64,000 bases of DNA from Vicinamibacteria bacterium (GTDB lineage: Bacteria; Acidobacteriota; Vicinamibacteria; Marinacidobacterales; Marinacidobacteraceae): positions 2,656,001 to 2,720,000 of the forward strand of contig OY821641.1 in assembly GCA_963555995.3 (NCBI GenBank), written 5' to 3'. Both the position numbers and the translations under genes were made by a program. The notes under the pieces were generated by a model. It did no database searches. It was not told the DNA's origin and saw only the letters and a program-made list of their open reading frames with translations. Shown here in pieces: positions 1 through 9,815 of this stretch (positions within the stretch are counted from its first letter, which is position 1; the number at the start of each line of letters is the position of its first letter).

Positions 1-54
1 CGGACGCGCCGTGCGGCCGAGCGGCTATACGCGCTCGGCGGCCCTTCGGATCGC

Positions 55-163
55 GTGCCGGCTGAAGCCGGCGTTCCAAGCCGGACGCGTCCTCCCCGCG
101 GTCAGCGCCGCGCGGATGGCGCCCGCCTGCGGCGGGCGATGCCGGCCGGAGGCCGGCGCTCCG
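55..163 (-). repeat. REP-like palindromic units (type A at 55-80, type C at 139-163)
   Basis: GTGCCGGCTGAAGCCGGCGTTCCAAG and ATGCCGGCCGGAGGCCGGCGCTCCG, both matching copies found elsewhere in the window. Confidence 0.8.
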
Positions 164-165
164 AG

Positions 166-2223
166 CTACTCGGGTTCGCCGAGGTTGATGGGCTCGGGGT
201 CGACGAGCTTGACGGCCCAGAGGCCGGAGTTCATGTCGCTGAGGAAGATGTTGCCCTTGTAGGGCTGGGGTCCCCAGACCATCGGGGCGTTCGGGATGCG
301 GCTCTCGGGGTCGAACGGGCGGAACATGGCGATCTCGCGGCCCTGGCGGTAGAGGTCGCCCCGCAGTTCGCCGGAGATGTCCACCACCCGGAGACCGCCG
401 TTGTAGTAGGCGATGTAGAGGATGTCGTCCTCGACCCAGAGGTTGTGGGTTCCCGCCTCGGGGACCTGGTAGCGGGCGACCTCGCGGGCGTTCTCCCAGT
501 CGTCCCACTCGAAGATGTGGATCCAGCCAGCGGCCCGGCCCGGGGTGCGCTCGGCGCGCATCGTCTGGTAGGGGAACGCCTCGTCGCCGCCGATCATCAG
601 GAACTTGCCGGTGGACTGGCTCCGGTAGGGGTAGGCCGCGTGGTTCCAGCCGCTCGGGTACGGGGTCTTGCCGAGCATCACCGGGTTGTTCGGGGCGCCG
701 CCCATGCCGCCGCCGCCCACGTCCACCGCGACCACGCCGTCGCTCCAGTTGGACGAGTACGCGATCCCCTCGTGGACCCACACGTCGTGGATGGAGTGGC
801 CCGGCGTGTCCAGCTCGAAACGCCCCACCCGGTAGGGGTTCGTCGGGTCCTCGGCGTTCAGGATGTCGTAGCGGCGTCCCGCGGAGAGGGCGTAGACGTG
901 GTCCTCGGCGATGAAGACGTTGTGGACGCCGCCGGAGAGCTGGTCGTCGTAGCGGGCGATCACCGAGACGCCGTTCAGCGGATCGCTGACGTCGAGGATC
1001 ACGAGGCCGTTCTTGCGGTTGGAGGCCCCTTCGCGGCTGATCACGCAGAACATCCCGTCCTCGGAGACCTTCACGTCGTTCACGGTCCGGGCGTCCACCC
1101 GCACCGTGTCTATCAGGGCGATGGCCGAAGGGTCGGTGACGTCCCAGAAATAGGCGTGGCCGTCCGCGCTGTGGGTGCCGGTAACGGCGTAGTCCCGGCC
1201 GTCCACGCCCTCCCAGACCCAGAGGTCCGAGGTGCGCCGGTCGCGGACCGGCCCCTGCCCGACCACTTCCACGTCCTTCCGGACGTTCCGCGGCGCCACC
1301 GCCACCGTCGCGCTAGCCGAGGTGGTGAACCCGTCGGCGATCACCGTGTGGGTGCCGGTGCGCTCCGCCACGAAGGCGCCCTGCTCGTCCACCTGCCCGA
1401 TGGCGCCCGGGGCGACGATCCCGTCGGTCGGGACCCCGAAGGTCGCGAACTGCACCGGATAGTCGGGCACCTCGTTCCCCGAAGCGTCCATCGCGGTCGC
1501 GGTGAAGAACACCACGTCGCCGGTCCGGACCGCGTCCTCCGGCGCGCCGCTCAGGGTGATCGAAGCGACCGGGTTGGCGAGCACCTCGATCGCGGTGTCG
1601 CTCGATGCCTCCTCGGCGGAGACCGTCACGGTCGCCGCGCCCGCGCTCACCAGCGTGAGCACGCCAAGGGCGTCCACGCTCGCGACCGACGGATCGTTGC
1701 TGCTCCAGCCCACCTCCACGTCGTTGCGGACGGCGCCCGAAATGTCCGTGACCAGGGAGCGGAGCCCGAACTCGGTGCCGGTATAGAGATGGCCCGGCAG
1801 GTTCACGACCTCGACCGTGGCCACCGGGGGGTTGGGGATGGTTACCGGGATCTCCACCATCACCGCGGGCTCGGCGCGCCGGGAGGTGTCCTCGGGGTCC
1901 TTCGGGACCATGGCGATCAGGGTGTGCTCGCCGGGGCGGTAGGCCTCGACGATGCCCGCCGGGTTCACGCCGACCGAGCGGCGGCGGCGCGAAAAGAACA
2001 CCACCGTGCGGTCCATCGGGTTGCCCTCGGCGTCCCGGACCTCGGCCTCGAGCGTCAGCGAGTCGCCGACCTCCAGTTCGACCTCGGACGGGGTGATGAG
2101 GAGTTCGGCGGGCTCGGGACCGGCCTCGGCTTCCTCTTCTTCCTGGGCGAACGCCGGGAAGGCGAGAAGCAGGGCGGTAACTGCCGCGACGAAAACGAAA
2201 CGGGAATCTTGAGTTCGGGTCAT
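166..2223 (-). CDS. Secreted Ig-like (Big_2) + LVIVD-repeat beta-propeller protein, paralog 1
   Basis: Signal peptide ending AFA-Q, Big_2 motif WSSNDPSVASVD, LVIVD-type blades (GLVILDVSDP, GLRVVDIS), 685 aa with GC3-rich codons. Confidence 0.85.
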   Translation of the reverse strand: MTRTQDSRFVFVAAVTALLLAFPAFAQEEEEAEAGPEPAELLITPSEVELEVGDSLTLEAEVRDAEGNPMDRTVVFFSRRRRSVGVNPAGIVEAYRPGEHTLIAMVPKDPEDTSRRAEPAVMVEIPVTIPNPPVATVEVVNLPGHLYTGTEFGLRSLVTDISGAVRNDVEVGWSSNDPSVASVDALGVLTLVSAGAATVTVSAEEASSDTAIEVLANPVASITLSGAPEDAVRTGDVVFFTATAMDASGNEVPDYPVQFATFGVPTDGIVAPGAIGQVDEQGAFVAERTGTHTVIADGFTTSASATVAVAPRNVRKDVEVVGQGPVRDRRTSDLWVWEGVDGRDYAVTGTHSADGHAYFWDVTDPSAIALIDTVRVDARTVNDVKVSEDGMFCVISREGASNRKNGLVILDVSDPLNGVSVIARYDDQLSGGVHNVFIAEDHVYALSAGRRYDILNAEDPTNPYRVGRFELDTPGHSIHDVWVHEGIAYSSNWSDGVVAVDVGGGGMGGAPNNPVMLGKTPYPSGWNHAAYPYRSQSTGKFLMIGGDEAFPYQTMRAERTPGRAAGWIHIFEWDDWENAREVARYQVPEAGTHNLWVEDDILYIAYYNGGLRVVDISGELRGDLYRQGREIAMFRPFDPESRIPNAPMVWGPQPYKGNIFLSDMNSGLWAVKLVDPEPINLGEPE

Positions 2224-2332
2224 GGTGCAGCGACGGCCGGATTTGCGGCCTCTCGGCAGGGAAATATATGCCTGTCCCCTGCCATGGCGATCACGCGGAA
2301 TCGGAACACCCCGCGAACCGGCGGACGATCCG

Positions 2333-2361
2333 TTGACTTACCGGGGTAATGACGCCACAAT
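2333..2361 (+). promoter_or_regulatory. Sigma70-like promoter of vapBC with palindromic operator
   Basis: TTGACT (2333-38), 17 bp spacer, CACAAT (2356-61). The palindrome TTACC-GG-GGTAA (2338-49) lies in the spacer. Confidence 0.6.
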
Positions 2362-2393
2362 GGCACGGAGCGCGACGCTCGGAGGCAGGCGCC

Positions 2394-2654
2394 GTGGAGA
2401 ACATCCAGTCCCGGATCACGTCCCAGGGCCAGGTGTCCATCCCGGTGCGGATTCGGCGCAAGCTGGGCCTGGCGCCCGGCTCGACGGTCGAATGGTGCGA
2501 ACGGGGAACGGAAGTGATCGTGCGCCGGGCGGCCAAGCACTCGTCGCTGGACATCCATCACGCCGTCTTCCCGTCACCGCCCGAGCCGAAAACCACGGAG
2601 GAGATGGACGCGGGCATCCGGGACCACCTCCGACGCCGGCATGCGCGCGCTTGA
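2394..2654 (+). CDS. vapB: AbrB/MazE-type antitoxin (VapB-like)
   Basis: SRITSQGQVSIPVRIRRKLGLAPGSTVEW motif. GGAGG at 2381-85 precedes GTG 2394. Overlaps the toxin gene. Confidence 0.85.
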   Translation: MENIQSRITSQGQVSIPVRIRRKLGLAPGSTVEWCERGTEVIVRRAAKHSSLDIHHAVFPSPPEPKTTEEMDAGIRDHLRRRHARA

Positions 2655-3021
2655 CACGAACGTCCTGGTCCGGCTGATCGTGCGGGACGACCCGGACCAG
2701 GTGGGCCGCGCCGAAGCGTTCGTGCGGCCCGGCGCCTGGGTCCCGCTGATCGTCCTGGCGGAGACCGTCTGGGTCCTGGAGTCCACCTACGGCCTGGATC
2801 GGGAACGCGTGGCCACCGTGGTGGGCATGCTGCTGGACCACGATCGGCTGACCCTGCAGGACGAAGACGTCGTCCGCCGGGCGCATGCAATCTTCCGCGG
2901 CGAGGGGACCGCCGGATTCGCCGACTGCCTCATCGTCGAGACCGCCCGCAAGGCGGGGCATCGTCCCGTCGGGACCTTCGATCGAAACCTGTCGCGGGTG
3001 GACGGGACGGAGCGGCTCTGA
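2641..3021 (+). CDS. vapC: PIN-domain toxin (VapC)
   Basis: ALDTNVLVR, LAETVWVL, GFADCLI and GTFD acidic PIN motifs. Confidence 0.9.
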   Translation: MRALDTNVLVRLIVRDDPDQVGRAEAFVRPGAWVPLIVLAETVWVLESTYGLDRERVATVVGMLLDHDRLTLQDEDVVRRAHAIFRGEGTAGFADCLIVETARKAGHRPVGTFDRNLSRVDGTERL

Positions 3022-3124
3022 GCCGTCTCGGACCGCAGCGGGGGTTCACAGGTCCGGCAAGGGGACGGCCGCCGGCTTCTCGTCAGGTCGGGGCCGCAAC
3101 CTCAAGCAAGGGCCAGCACGTTCC

Positions 3125-5185
3125 CTACTGCGGTTCGCCCAGATTTCTCGGCTCGGCTTCGACGAGCTTGACCGCCCAGAGGCCCGAGCTGTTGTCGGCG
3201 ATGTAGATGTGGCCCTTGTAGGGCTGCGGTCCCCAGACGAACGGGGTGTTCGGCTTGACGGTCTCGGGGTCGAAGGGGCGGAACATGGCGATCTCGCGGC
3301 CCTGCCGGTAGAGGTCGCCGCGCAGCTCGCCGGAGATGTCCACCACCCGCAGGCCGCCGTTGTAGTAGGCGATGTAGAGGATGTCGTCCTCGACCCAGAG
3401 GTTGTGGGTTCCCGCCTCGGGCACCTGGTAGCGGGCCACTTCCTGGGGGTTGTCCCATTCGTCCCATTCGAAGATGTGGATCCAGCCGGCGGCCCGGCGC
3501 GGCGCGCGCGGTCCCTCCATGAGCTGGTACGGGAACGCTTCGTCGCCGCCGATCATCAGGAACTTGCCGGTGGACTGGCTCCGATAGGGGTAGGCGGCGT
3601 GGTTCCAGCCGCTCGGGTAGGGGGTGCTGCCCAGCATGACCGGGTTGTTCGGCGCACCGCCCATGCCGCCGCCGCCCACGTCCACCGCCACGATCCCGTC
3701 GTTCCAGTTGGAGGAGTAGGCGATCCCGTCCGCCACCCACACGTCGTGGATGGAGTGGCCGGGGGTGTCCAGTTCGAAGCGTCCCACCCGGTAGGGGTTC
3801 GTGGGGTCCTCGGCGTTCAGGATGTCGTAGCGCCGGCCCGCCGAGAGCGCGTAGATGTGGTTCTCGGCGATGAAGACGTTGTGGACTCCGCCGCTGAGCT
3901 GGTCGTCGTAGCGGGCGATCACCTCGATGCCGTTCTGGAGGTCGCTGACATCGAGGATCACGAGGCCGTTCTTCCGGTTCGATGCGCCCTCCCGGCTGAT
4001 CACGCAGAACCTGCCGTCCTCCGAGACCTTCACGTCGTTGACTGTCCGGGCGTCCACCCGCACCGTGTCAATCAGCGCGATCGCGGACGGGTCGGTGACG
4101 TCCCAGAAGTAGGCGTGGCCGTCGGCGCTGTGGGTGCCGGTCACGGCGTAGTCCCGGCCGTCGGTGCCCTCCCAGACCCAGAGGTCGGAGGTGCGCCGGT
4201 CGCGGACCGGGCCCCGTCCCACGACCTCGACGTCCTTCCGCACGTTCCGGGAGACGACGGCGACGGTCGCGCTCGCCGAGTTCGTGAACCCGTCCACGAT
4301 CACCGTGTGGGTTCCCGGCCGCTCCGCCACGAAGGCGCCCGCGTCGTCCACCTGGCCGATGGCGCCGGGCGCCACGATCCCGTCCGCCGGGATCCCGAAG
4401 GTGGCGAACTGCACCGGGTAGTCGGGCACCGCGTTCCCGGCGGCGTCGCTGACCTTCGCCTCGAAGAACACCACGTCGCCGGTCCGCACCGGCTCGTCCG
4501 GCGTCCCGCTCAACGTGATCGAGGCGACCGGGTTCGCGAGCACCTCGATCGCCGTGTCGCTCGCGGCCTCCTCGGCGGAGACCGTCAGCGTCGTCCGCCC
4601 GGCGCTCACCAGGGTGAGCACGCCGAGGGGGTCCACGCTCGCGACGGACGGGTCCGCGCTGCTCCAGCCGACCTCGACATCGTGCCGGACGGCCCCGGAG
4701 GTGTCCGTGACGGTCGAGCGCAGGCCGACCTCGGTCCCGGCGTAGAGGTGGCCCGGCAGGTTGGCGACCTCAACGGTCGCCACCGGCGGGTTCGGGATGG
4801 TCACCGGGATCTCCACCATGACCGCGGGCTCGGCCCGCCGGTGGAGGTCCTCCGGGTCCTTCGGCACCATGGCGATCAGGACGTGCTCGCCGGGGCGATA
4901 CGCCTCCACGATCCCCGCGGGGTTGACCCCGACCGACCGGCGGCGGCGCGAGTAGAAGACCACCGTGCGGTCCATGACGTTGCCGTCGCTGTCCCGGACC
5001 TCGGCCTCGAGGGTCAGCGAGTCGCCGACCTCGAGTTCGAGCTCGGACGGGGTGACGATCAGTTCGGCGGGCTGCGGGACTTCCTCCGCGTCCGCCTCTT
5101 CCTGGGCGAGCGCGAGCCCCGGGGCCAGCGCGAGGGCAAGACCGAACGCGATCAGGAGCCGCGTCCACGGGTTCGAATGCTTCAT
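3125..5185 (-). CDS. Secreted Ig-like + LVIVD beta-propeller protein, paralog 2
   Basis: Near-identical to 166..2223 over most of its length. Start set at ATG 5185 (MKHSNP) followed by a signal peptide. Confidence 0.85.
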   Translation of the reverse strand: MKHSNPWTRLLIAFGLALALAPGLALAQEEADAEEVPQPAELIVTPSELELEVGDSLTLEAEVRDSDGNVMDRTVVFYSRRRRSVGVNPAGIVEAYRPGEHVLIAMVPKDPEDLHRRAEPAVMVEIPVTIPNPPVATVEVANLPGHLYAGTEVGLRSTVTDTSGAVRHDVEVGWSSADPSVASVDPLGVLTLVSAGRTTLTVSAEEAASDTAIEVLANPVASITLSGTPDEPVRTGDVVFFEAKVSDAAGNAVPDYPVQFATFGIPADGIVAPGAIGQVDDAGAFVAERPGTHTVIVDGFTNSASATVAVVSRNVRKDVEVVGRGPVRDRRTSDLWVWEGTDGRDYAVTGTHSADGHAYFWDVTDPSAIALIDTVRVDARTVNDVKVSEDGRFCVISREGASNRKNGLVILDVSDLQNGIEVIARYDDQLSGGVHNVFIAENHIYALSAGRRYDILNAEDPTNPYRVGRFELDTPGHSIHDVWVADGIAYSSNWNDGIVAVDVGGGGMGGAPNNPVMLGSTPYPSGWNHAAYPYRSQSTGKFLMIGGDEAFPYQLMEGPRAPRRAAGWIHIFEWDEWDNPQEVARYQVPEAGTHNLWVEDDILYIAYYNGGLRVVDISGELRGDLYRQGREIAMFRPFDPETVKPNTPFVWGPQPYKGHIYIADNSSGLWAVKLVEAEPRNLGEPQ

Positions 5186-5211
5186 CGTCAGTCCCTCCGC
5201 AGTCACGAGCC

Positions 5212-6336
5212 TCACGGCTCGCCCTTCCAGTAGATGATGCCGCCGGCCTGCTTGCCGACGTCGATCTCGGAGACGCGCTGGGCGGTGGCGATGTCATAGA
5301 CCTCGACCGTCCCCGGCTCGCCGCCGACCCCTTCGAGGGTCACGATCGCGTAGCGGTCGTCGTCCGAGACCACCACGCCGTGCGGCACCCGCCGCGTGGT
5401 CTCCGGCGCGGCGATCAGCTCGCCGCTCTCCAGATCCCAGAAGCCGATCTTCTTGCCGGACTTGTAGGTGGCGACCAGCGTGCCGCCGTCCGAGGTGAGC
5501 TCCAGGTTGTACGGGTTCTCGCCCGGTCCGGCGTCGAACCGCCGGGAGACCTCCCAGCCCTCGAGGTCCACCTCGTAGATGGCGCTGTCACCGTTCCCGG
5601 CCACGTACACCTTGCCGGAAGGAGACGGCTTCGTGGCCCAGGTCGGCTTCACCACCGGCGCGCGCATGCCGCCCATGTCGCCGTGGTCCATCCCGGCGTG
5701 TCCGGCGTGCGGGTCGGTCCCGAGGTAGAGGCGCCGGGCGATCTCGAAGCGCATGGCGTCCACCTCGACCAGCTCGTCGTCCATCATGTTGACCGAGTAG
5801 AGCCGGTCGCCCTCTCCGTTCATCCGCGCCCCGTGCGGCATGACCCCGGTGTCAATGGTGGCCACCTCGATCATGGTCCCGGTCTCCACCACCGAGATGG
5901 TGCTCGGCACGTGGTCGCCGTGGAGGTTGAAGTTGACGACGTAGAGCAGCCCGGTGCTCGGCGAGACGTCCATCGTCGCCGGGAACATGCCGAGGGTGGC
6001 GTCCCCGAGCCACTCGTTGGTCCCGGTCTCGTACTTGTGCACCGCGCCGAACGGCATGCCGTGGGCGATCGAGAGGAACCAGTGGCGCCCGTCGGGCGAG
6101 ATGTTGATGCCGTGCGGGCCCTCGGTCTCCGTCGGGAAGCTGCCGACGGTGATCTCGTCGAGCTCCTCGAAGCCGCTCGGGCCGTAGCGGAGCAGGTGGA
6201 CGGTGTCATCCGACTCGGCGCAGACATAGACGAAGTAGTTGCGCCGGGGCGGCTGGGGATCTTCGGCGGCCGCCAGCGGGGCGAGAGCGAGCCCCAGCAG
6301 GACGGACGCCGCCAGGAAGCGGGAGCGGGAAGACAT
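5212..6336 (-). CDS. Secreted YncE/YVTN-type beta-propeller with His/Met-rich loop
   Basis: C-terminal part of ORF 5212..8004. ATG 6336 overlaps the upstream stop. Signal peptide, repeated PHG blades and the segment HAGHAGMDHGDMGGM. Confidence 0.8.
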   Translation of the reverse strand: MSSRSRFLAASVLLGLALAPLAAAEDPQPPRRNYFVYVCAESDDTVHLLRYGPSGFEELDEITVGSFPTETEGPHGINISPDGRHWFLSIAHGMPFGAVHKYETGTNEWLGDATLGMFPATMDVSPSTGLLYVVNFNLHGDHVPSTISVVETGTMIEVATIDTGVMPHGARMNGEGDRLYSVNMMDDELVEVDAMRFEIARRLYLGTDPHAGHAGMDHGDMGGMRAPVVKPTWATKPSPSGKVYVAGNGDSAIYEVDLEGWEVSRRFDAGPGENPYNLELTSDGGTLVATYKSGKKIGFWDLESGELIAAPETTRRVPHGVVVSDDDRYAIVTLEGVGGEPGTVEVYDIATAQRVSEIDVGKQAGGIIYWKGEP

Positions 6337-8390
6337 CAGTTCGGTTCCCCCATGTTGCGCGGGGTCTCGGGATCCACGAGCCGGACGGCCCAGAGGCCCG
6401 AGTTGAAGTCGGTGAAGAAGATGGTGCCCTTGAAGGGCTGCGGGCCCCAGACGAACGGGGCGTTGGGCTTGAAGCCGTCGGGATCGGCGGGCTCGAAGAA
6501 GGAGATCTCGCGGCCCTGCTGGTAGAGGTCGCCGCGCAGCTCGCCGGAGACGTCCACCACCCGGAGGCCGCCGTTGTAGTAGCCGACATACATGATGTCG
6601 TCCTCGATCCAGAGGTTGTGGGTGCCGGCCTCGGGCACCTGGTAGCGGGCGACCTCGCGGCCGACCCCGCCGTCCTCGTCCCACTCGGCGATGTGGACCC
6701 AGCCGGCGGCCCGGTCCGGAAGCTTGCCCTCCGGGTCGAAGCCCCAGGGGAAGTTCTCGTCGCCGGCGAAGACCAGCATCTTCCCGGTGGACTGGCTCCG
6801 GTAGGGGAAGCCGGCGTGGTTCCAGCCGTTCGGATACTTGAAGCTGCCCATCATCACGGGGTTGTTCGGGGCGCCGCCCTTGCCGCCGCCGCCGATGTCC
6901 ACCGCGACCACCCCGTCGGTCCAGTTCGAGGACCAGGCGACCCCGTCCTGCACCCAGACGTCGTGGATCCCGTGGCCGGGGGTGTCCAGTTCGAAACGGC
7001 CCACCCGGTAGGGGTTCTCCGGGTCCTCGGCGTTCAGGATGTCGTAGCGCCGCCCGGCGGACAGCGCCAGGATGTGGTTCTCGGCCACGAAGGTGTTGTG
7101 GACCCCGCCCGTCATCTGGTCGTCGTAGCGGGCGATAATCTTCACCCCGTCGGTGGGGTTCGCCACGTCGAGGACCACCAGCCCGTTCCGCCGGTTCGAG
7201 GCCCCTTCCCGGCTGATCACCGCGAACTTGCCGTCCGGCGAGACCTTCACGTCGTTCACGGTGCGGGCGTCCACCCGCACGGTGTCCACGAGGTGGATGC
7301 TCGACGGGTCGGTCACGTCCCAGAAGTAGGCGTGCCCGTCGGCGCCCCAGGTCCCGGTGATGGCGTAGTCGCGGCCGTCGAGGCCCTCCCAGACCCACAG
7401 GTCCGAGGTGTGCCGGTCGCGCACCGGACCCCGGCCCACGATCTCCCAGTCCTTCTTGATGTTGCGGCCGACCGCGCGGATCGTCTCCCGCGCGGTGAGC
7501 GAGCCCCCGGAGGCCACCACGGTGTGGAGGCCCGGCCGCTCGGCGACGAAGGCGCCGTCCGGCTCCACGAAGGCGGCCGCGCCCGGCGCCACCAGGGTGT
7601 CCGGGGTGCGGGTGGAGACCGCGTACTGGATCGGGAAGTCCGGGACCGCGTTGCCGCCGGCGTCGAGGGCGCGGGCCTCGAACCAGACCACGTCCCCGGT
7701 GCGGACCTCCTCCTCGGCCGCGGAGACCTCGAGGCGGACCGCCGGATTGGCGTTCACCCGGACCGTCGCGTCCCCGCTGGCGGACTCGGCGCTCGCGGAG
7801 ATCGTCGCCGACCCCTCGCCGTGCAGCATGAGCACGCCGTGGGGACTGACCGTCGCCACGCCGGAATCGCTCGACGACCACTGGAAGTCGGGCTTGCGCT
7901 CGGCGCCGGAGGTGTCCGTCGCGGTGGCGGTGACCCGCAGCGAGGTCCCGGCGTAGAGGTTCCCCGGCAGCGCCCCGATCGCGACGCTCGCGAGCGGCGG
8001 CCACGGCACCGTCACCGGGATCTCGATCATCAGCGCCGGCTCGGCCCGCCGGTCCATGGCTTCCGGATCCGCCGGGACCATTGCGATCAGGGTGTGCTCC
8101 CCCGGACGGTGGGCTTCCACCATCCCCGCCGGGTTCACCCCCACGTAGCGCCGGGCCCGCGAGAAGAACACCACGCCCCTTTCGAGCGTGTTGCCCGCCG
8201 CATCCCTGACGGTCGCGGTGAGCTCCGCGGTCGTCCCGACCTCGAGCGTCAACTCCGGCGGATCCACCACGAGTTCCGCCGGATCCTGCGCCGCAGCGGA
8301 CCCGGCGAGCAACGCGCCGGCGAACGCCAGCGCCACAAAACGGAAGAGCCGGCCGCGATCACCGCCGGCGGAATTACGAGTCTTGACCAT
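6336..8390 (-). CDS. Secreted Ig-like + LVIVD beta-propeller protein, paralog 3
   Basis: Collinear but more divergent homolog of paralogs 1 and 2. Start ATG 8390 with AGGAGG upstream. Confidence 0.85.
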   Translation of the reverse strand: MVKTRNSAGGDRGRLFRFVALAFAGALLAGSAAAQDPAELVVDPPELTLEVGTTAELTATVRDAAGNTLERGVVFFSRARRYVGVNPAGMVEAHRPGEHTLIAMVPADPEAMDRRAEPALMIEIPVTVPWPPLASVAIGALPGNLYAGTSLRVTATATDTSGAERKPDFQWSSSDSGVATVSPHGVLMLHGEGSATISASAESASGDATVRVNANPAVRLEVSAAEEEVRTGDVVWFEARALDAGGNAVPDFPIQYAVSTRTPDTLVAPGAAAFVEPDGAFVAERPGLHTVVASGGSLTARETIRAVGRNIKKDWEIVGRGPVRDRHTSDLWVWEGLDGRDYAITGTWGADGHAYFWDVTDPSSIHLVDTVRVDARTVNDVKVSPDGKFAVISREGASNRRNGLVVLDVANPTDGVKIIARYDDQMTGGVHNTFVAENHILALSAGRRYDILNAEDPENPYRVGRFELDTPGHGIHDVWVQDGVAWSSNWTDGVVAVDIGGGGKGGAPNNPVMMGSFKYPNGWNHAGFPYRSQSTGKMLVFAGDENFPWGFDPEGKLPDRAAGWVHIAEWDEDGGVGREVARYQVPEAGTHNLWIEDDIMYVGYYNGGLRVVDVSGELRGDLYQQGREISFFEPADPDGFKPNAPFVWGPQPFKGTIFFTDFNSGLWAVRLVDPETPRNMGEPN

Positions 8391-8569
8391 GACTGTGGAG
8401 GAACCTCCTGACACCTGCCTCGCTGGGCAACCCGCGATTGTAGTCTGGGAGCGCCGGTGTTCACACCGGCACCGCGGCCCGCAGGGCCGCGAACTACGCA
8501 CCGCCGATCGGGAACAAGCGCACCCACATCAGGCCCACCCCAGAGGGGAGAGACTGCTACGCTGGCGCC

Positions 8570-9721
8570 GTGGAGTCAGCGCGGGCCAATCCGTTCCAGC
8601 CCGGACGCGGCGTCGCGCCTCCGGTGATCGCGGGCCGGGATGTCGAGCTGGACCGCGCGGAGAAGCTCCTCGACGGCCTGCTGGCGCGGCGGATGCCGTC
8701 GCGGGACCTGCTCTTCTACGGGCCGCGCGGGAACGGCAAGACCACGCTGCTCATCGAGATCCAGCGGCGCGCGCGGGAGCGGGGCCTCCGGGCCGAACGG
8801 CTGCCGGTGACGAGCCTGACCGCGGAGGCCCGATTGATCCAGGAACTCCAGGGGCGGGCCGGGCTTCGGGGCGCCCGGGTGACGGGAGCCCAGGTCGCGG
8901 GTTTCGGGGTGGACGTGGAACCCGGGGCGGCGACCGAGAACCTGGACGACCTCCTCGCCCGCTGGATCGGAGCGGAGGCGGCGCCGCTGGTCGTCGTGCT
9001 CGACGAGGCGCAGGCGCTCGTCCCGGACGTGGCGCGCCCGTTCTTCGAAGCGGTCCAGGCCGCGAAGGCGGAGGCGACGCCATTCCTGCTGCTGGCGGCC
9101 GGAACTCCGGACGCGCCGCGCCGTATCCGCGAAGCGGCGACGTTCAACGAGCGCGGCTTCGTCGAGATTTCGATCGGACGGCTGGAGCGCCCCGACACGG
9201 TGATGGCGCTGGCCGAGCCCGCCTTGCGTTCCGGGACGCCGATGAGTGAGGCCGCAGCGGCGACACTGGCGGGAGCCTCGCAGGATTACCCGTACTTCAT
9301 CCAGTTGCTTGGCAGCGCCGCCTGGGACGCCGCCGCCGAGGGCGGCGTCCGGCAGATCGGCGGGAACGAAGCCCAGCGGGGCATCCGGACGTTCCAGAAC
9401 GAGGCCGAGCGGTTCTACGAGGAGCGCTACGACGAAGCGCGGCGGCGGCGGATCGCCCCGGCCCTCAAGCCACTCGCGAGCCGATTCGTGAGCCGCGGCG
9501 GCCAGCTCGGCAGTTCGGAGTTCACCGACCTCGTGGACGAGATGGCGCGGGCGCACGCTCTCCCGTTCGACGGATTGGCGCTCGAGAACGAACTCGTGGA
9601 TCTCGGCATCGTGTGGCGGGTGGCCTCCGGAGTCTGGGAATTGGGCATTCCGAGCTTCGGCCAGCACGTTCTCGACCGCAGGGAACCGGGCGCCGAGAGC
9701 GGGAACGTCGGCGGCTTGTAA
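8570..9721 (+). CDS. AAA-family ATPase (AAA_16/archaeal ATPase-like)
   Basis: N-terminal NPFQPG, Walker A GPRGNGKT, Walker B VVVLDE, and YPYFIQ motif. Confidence 0.85.
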   Translation: MESARANPFQPGRGVAPPVIAGRDVELDRAEKLLDGLLARRMPSRDLLFYGPRGNGKTTLLIEIQRRARERGLRAERLPVTSLTAEARLIQELQGRAGLRGARVTGAQVAGFGVDVEPGAATENLDDLLARWIGAEAAPLVVVLDEAQALVPDVARPFFEAVQAAKAEATPFLLLAAGTPDAPRRIREAATFNERGFVEISIGRLERPDTVMALAEPALRSGTPMSEAAAATLAGASQDYPYFIQLLGSAAWDAAAEGGVRQIGGNEAQRGIRTFQNEAERFYEERYDEARRRRIAPALKPLASRFVSRGGQLGSSEFTDLVDEMARAHALPFDGLALENELVDLGIVWRVASGVWELGIPSFGQHVLDRREPGAESGNVGGL

Positions 9722-9815
9722 GCCCCGGACCTGATCCACGGCAGCGGGAGGTGCGGCGCGCCGCCCGGCAGCGCGGCGAAACCGCGTACGGCCCGCCGCG
9801 CGGAGGCACGGACGG

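Noticed and set aside
55-5233. Long + strand ORFs 55..2349 and 2885..5233 (likewise 14572..18621, 23006..26356, 53239..55500 and others)
   Set aside because: Antisense shadow ORFs of real genes in high-GC DNA, with no recognisable motifs.
6337-8004. 930 aa ORF suggesting a fusion to the YncE protein
   Set aside because: The upstream part is an alternate frame of paralog 3. The real gene starts at 6336 with a signal peptide.
166-8390. Calling the propellers methanethiol oxidase or nitrous oxide reductase
   Set aside because: Diagnostic motifs for SBP56/MtoX or NosZ CuA were not recognised.
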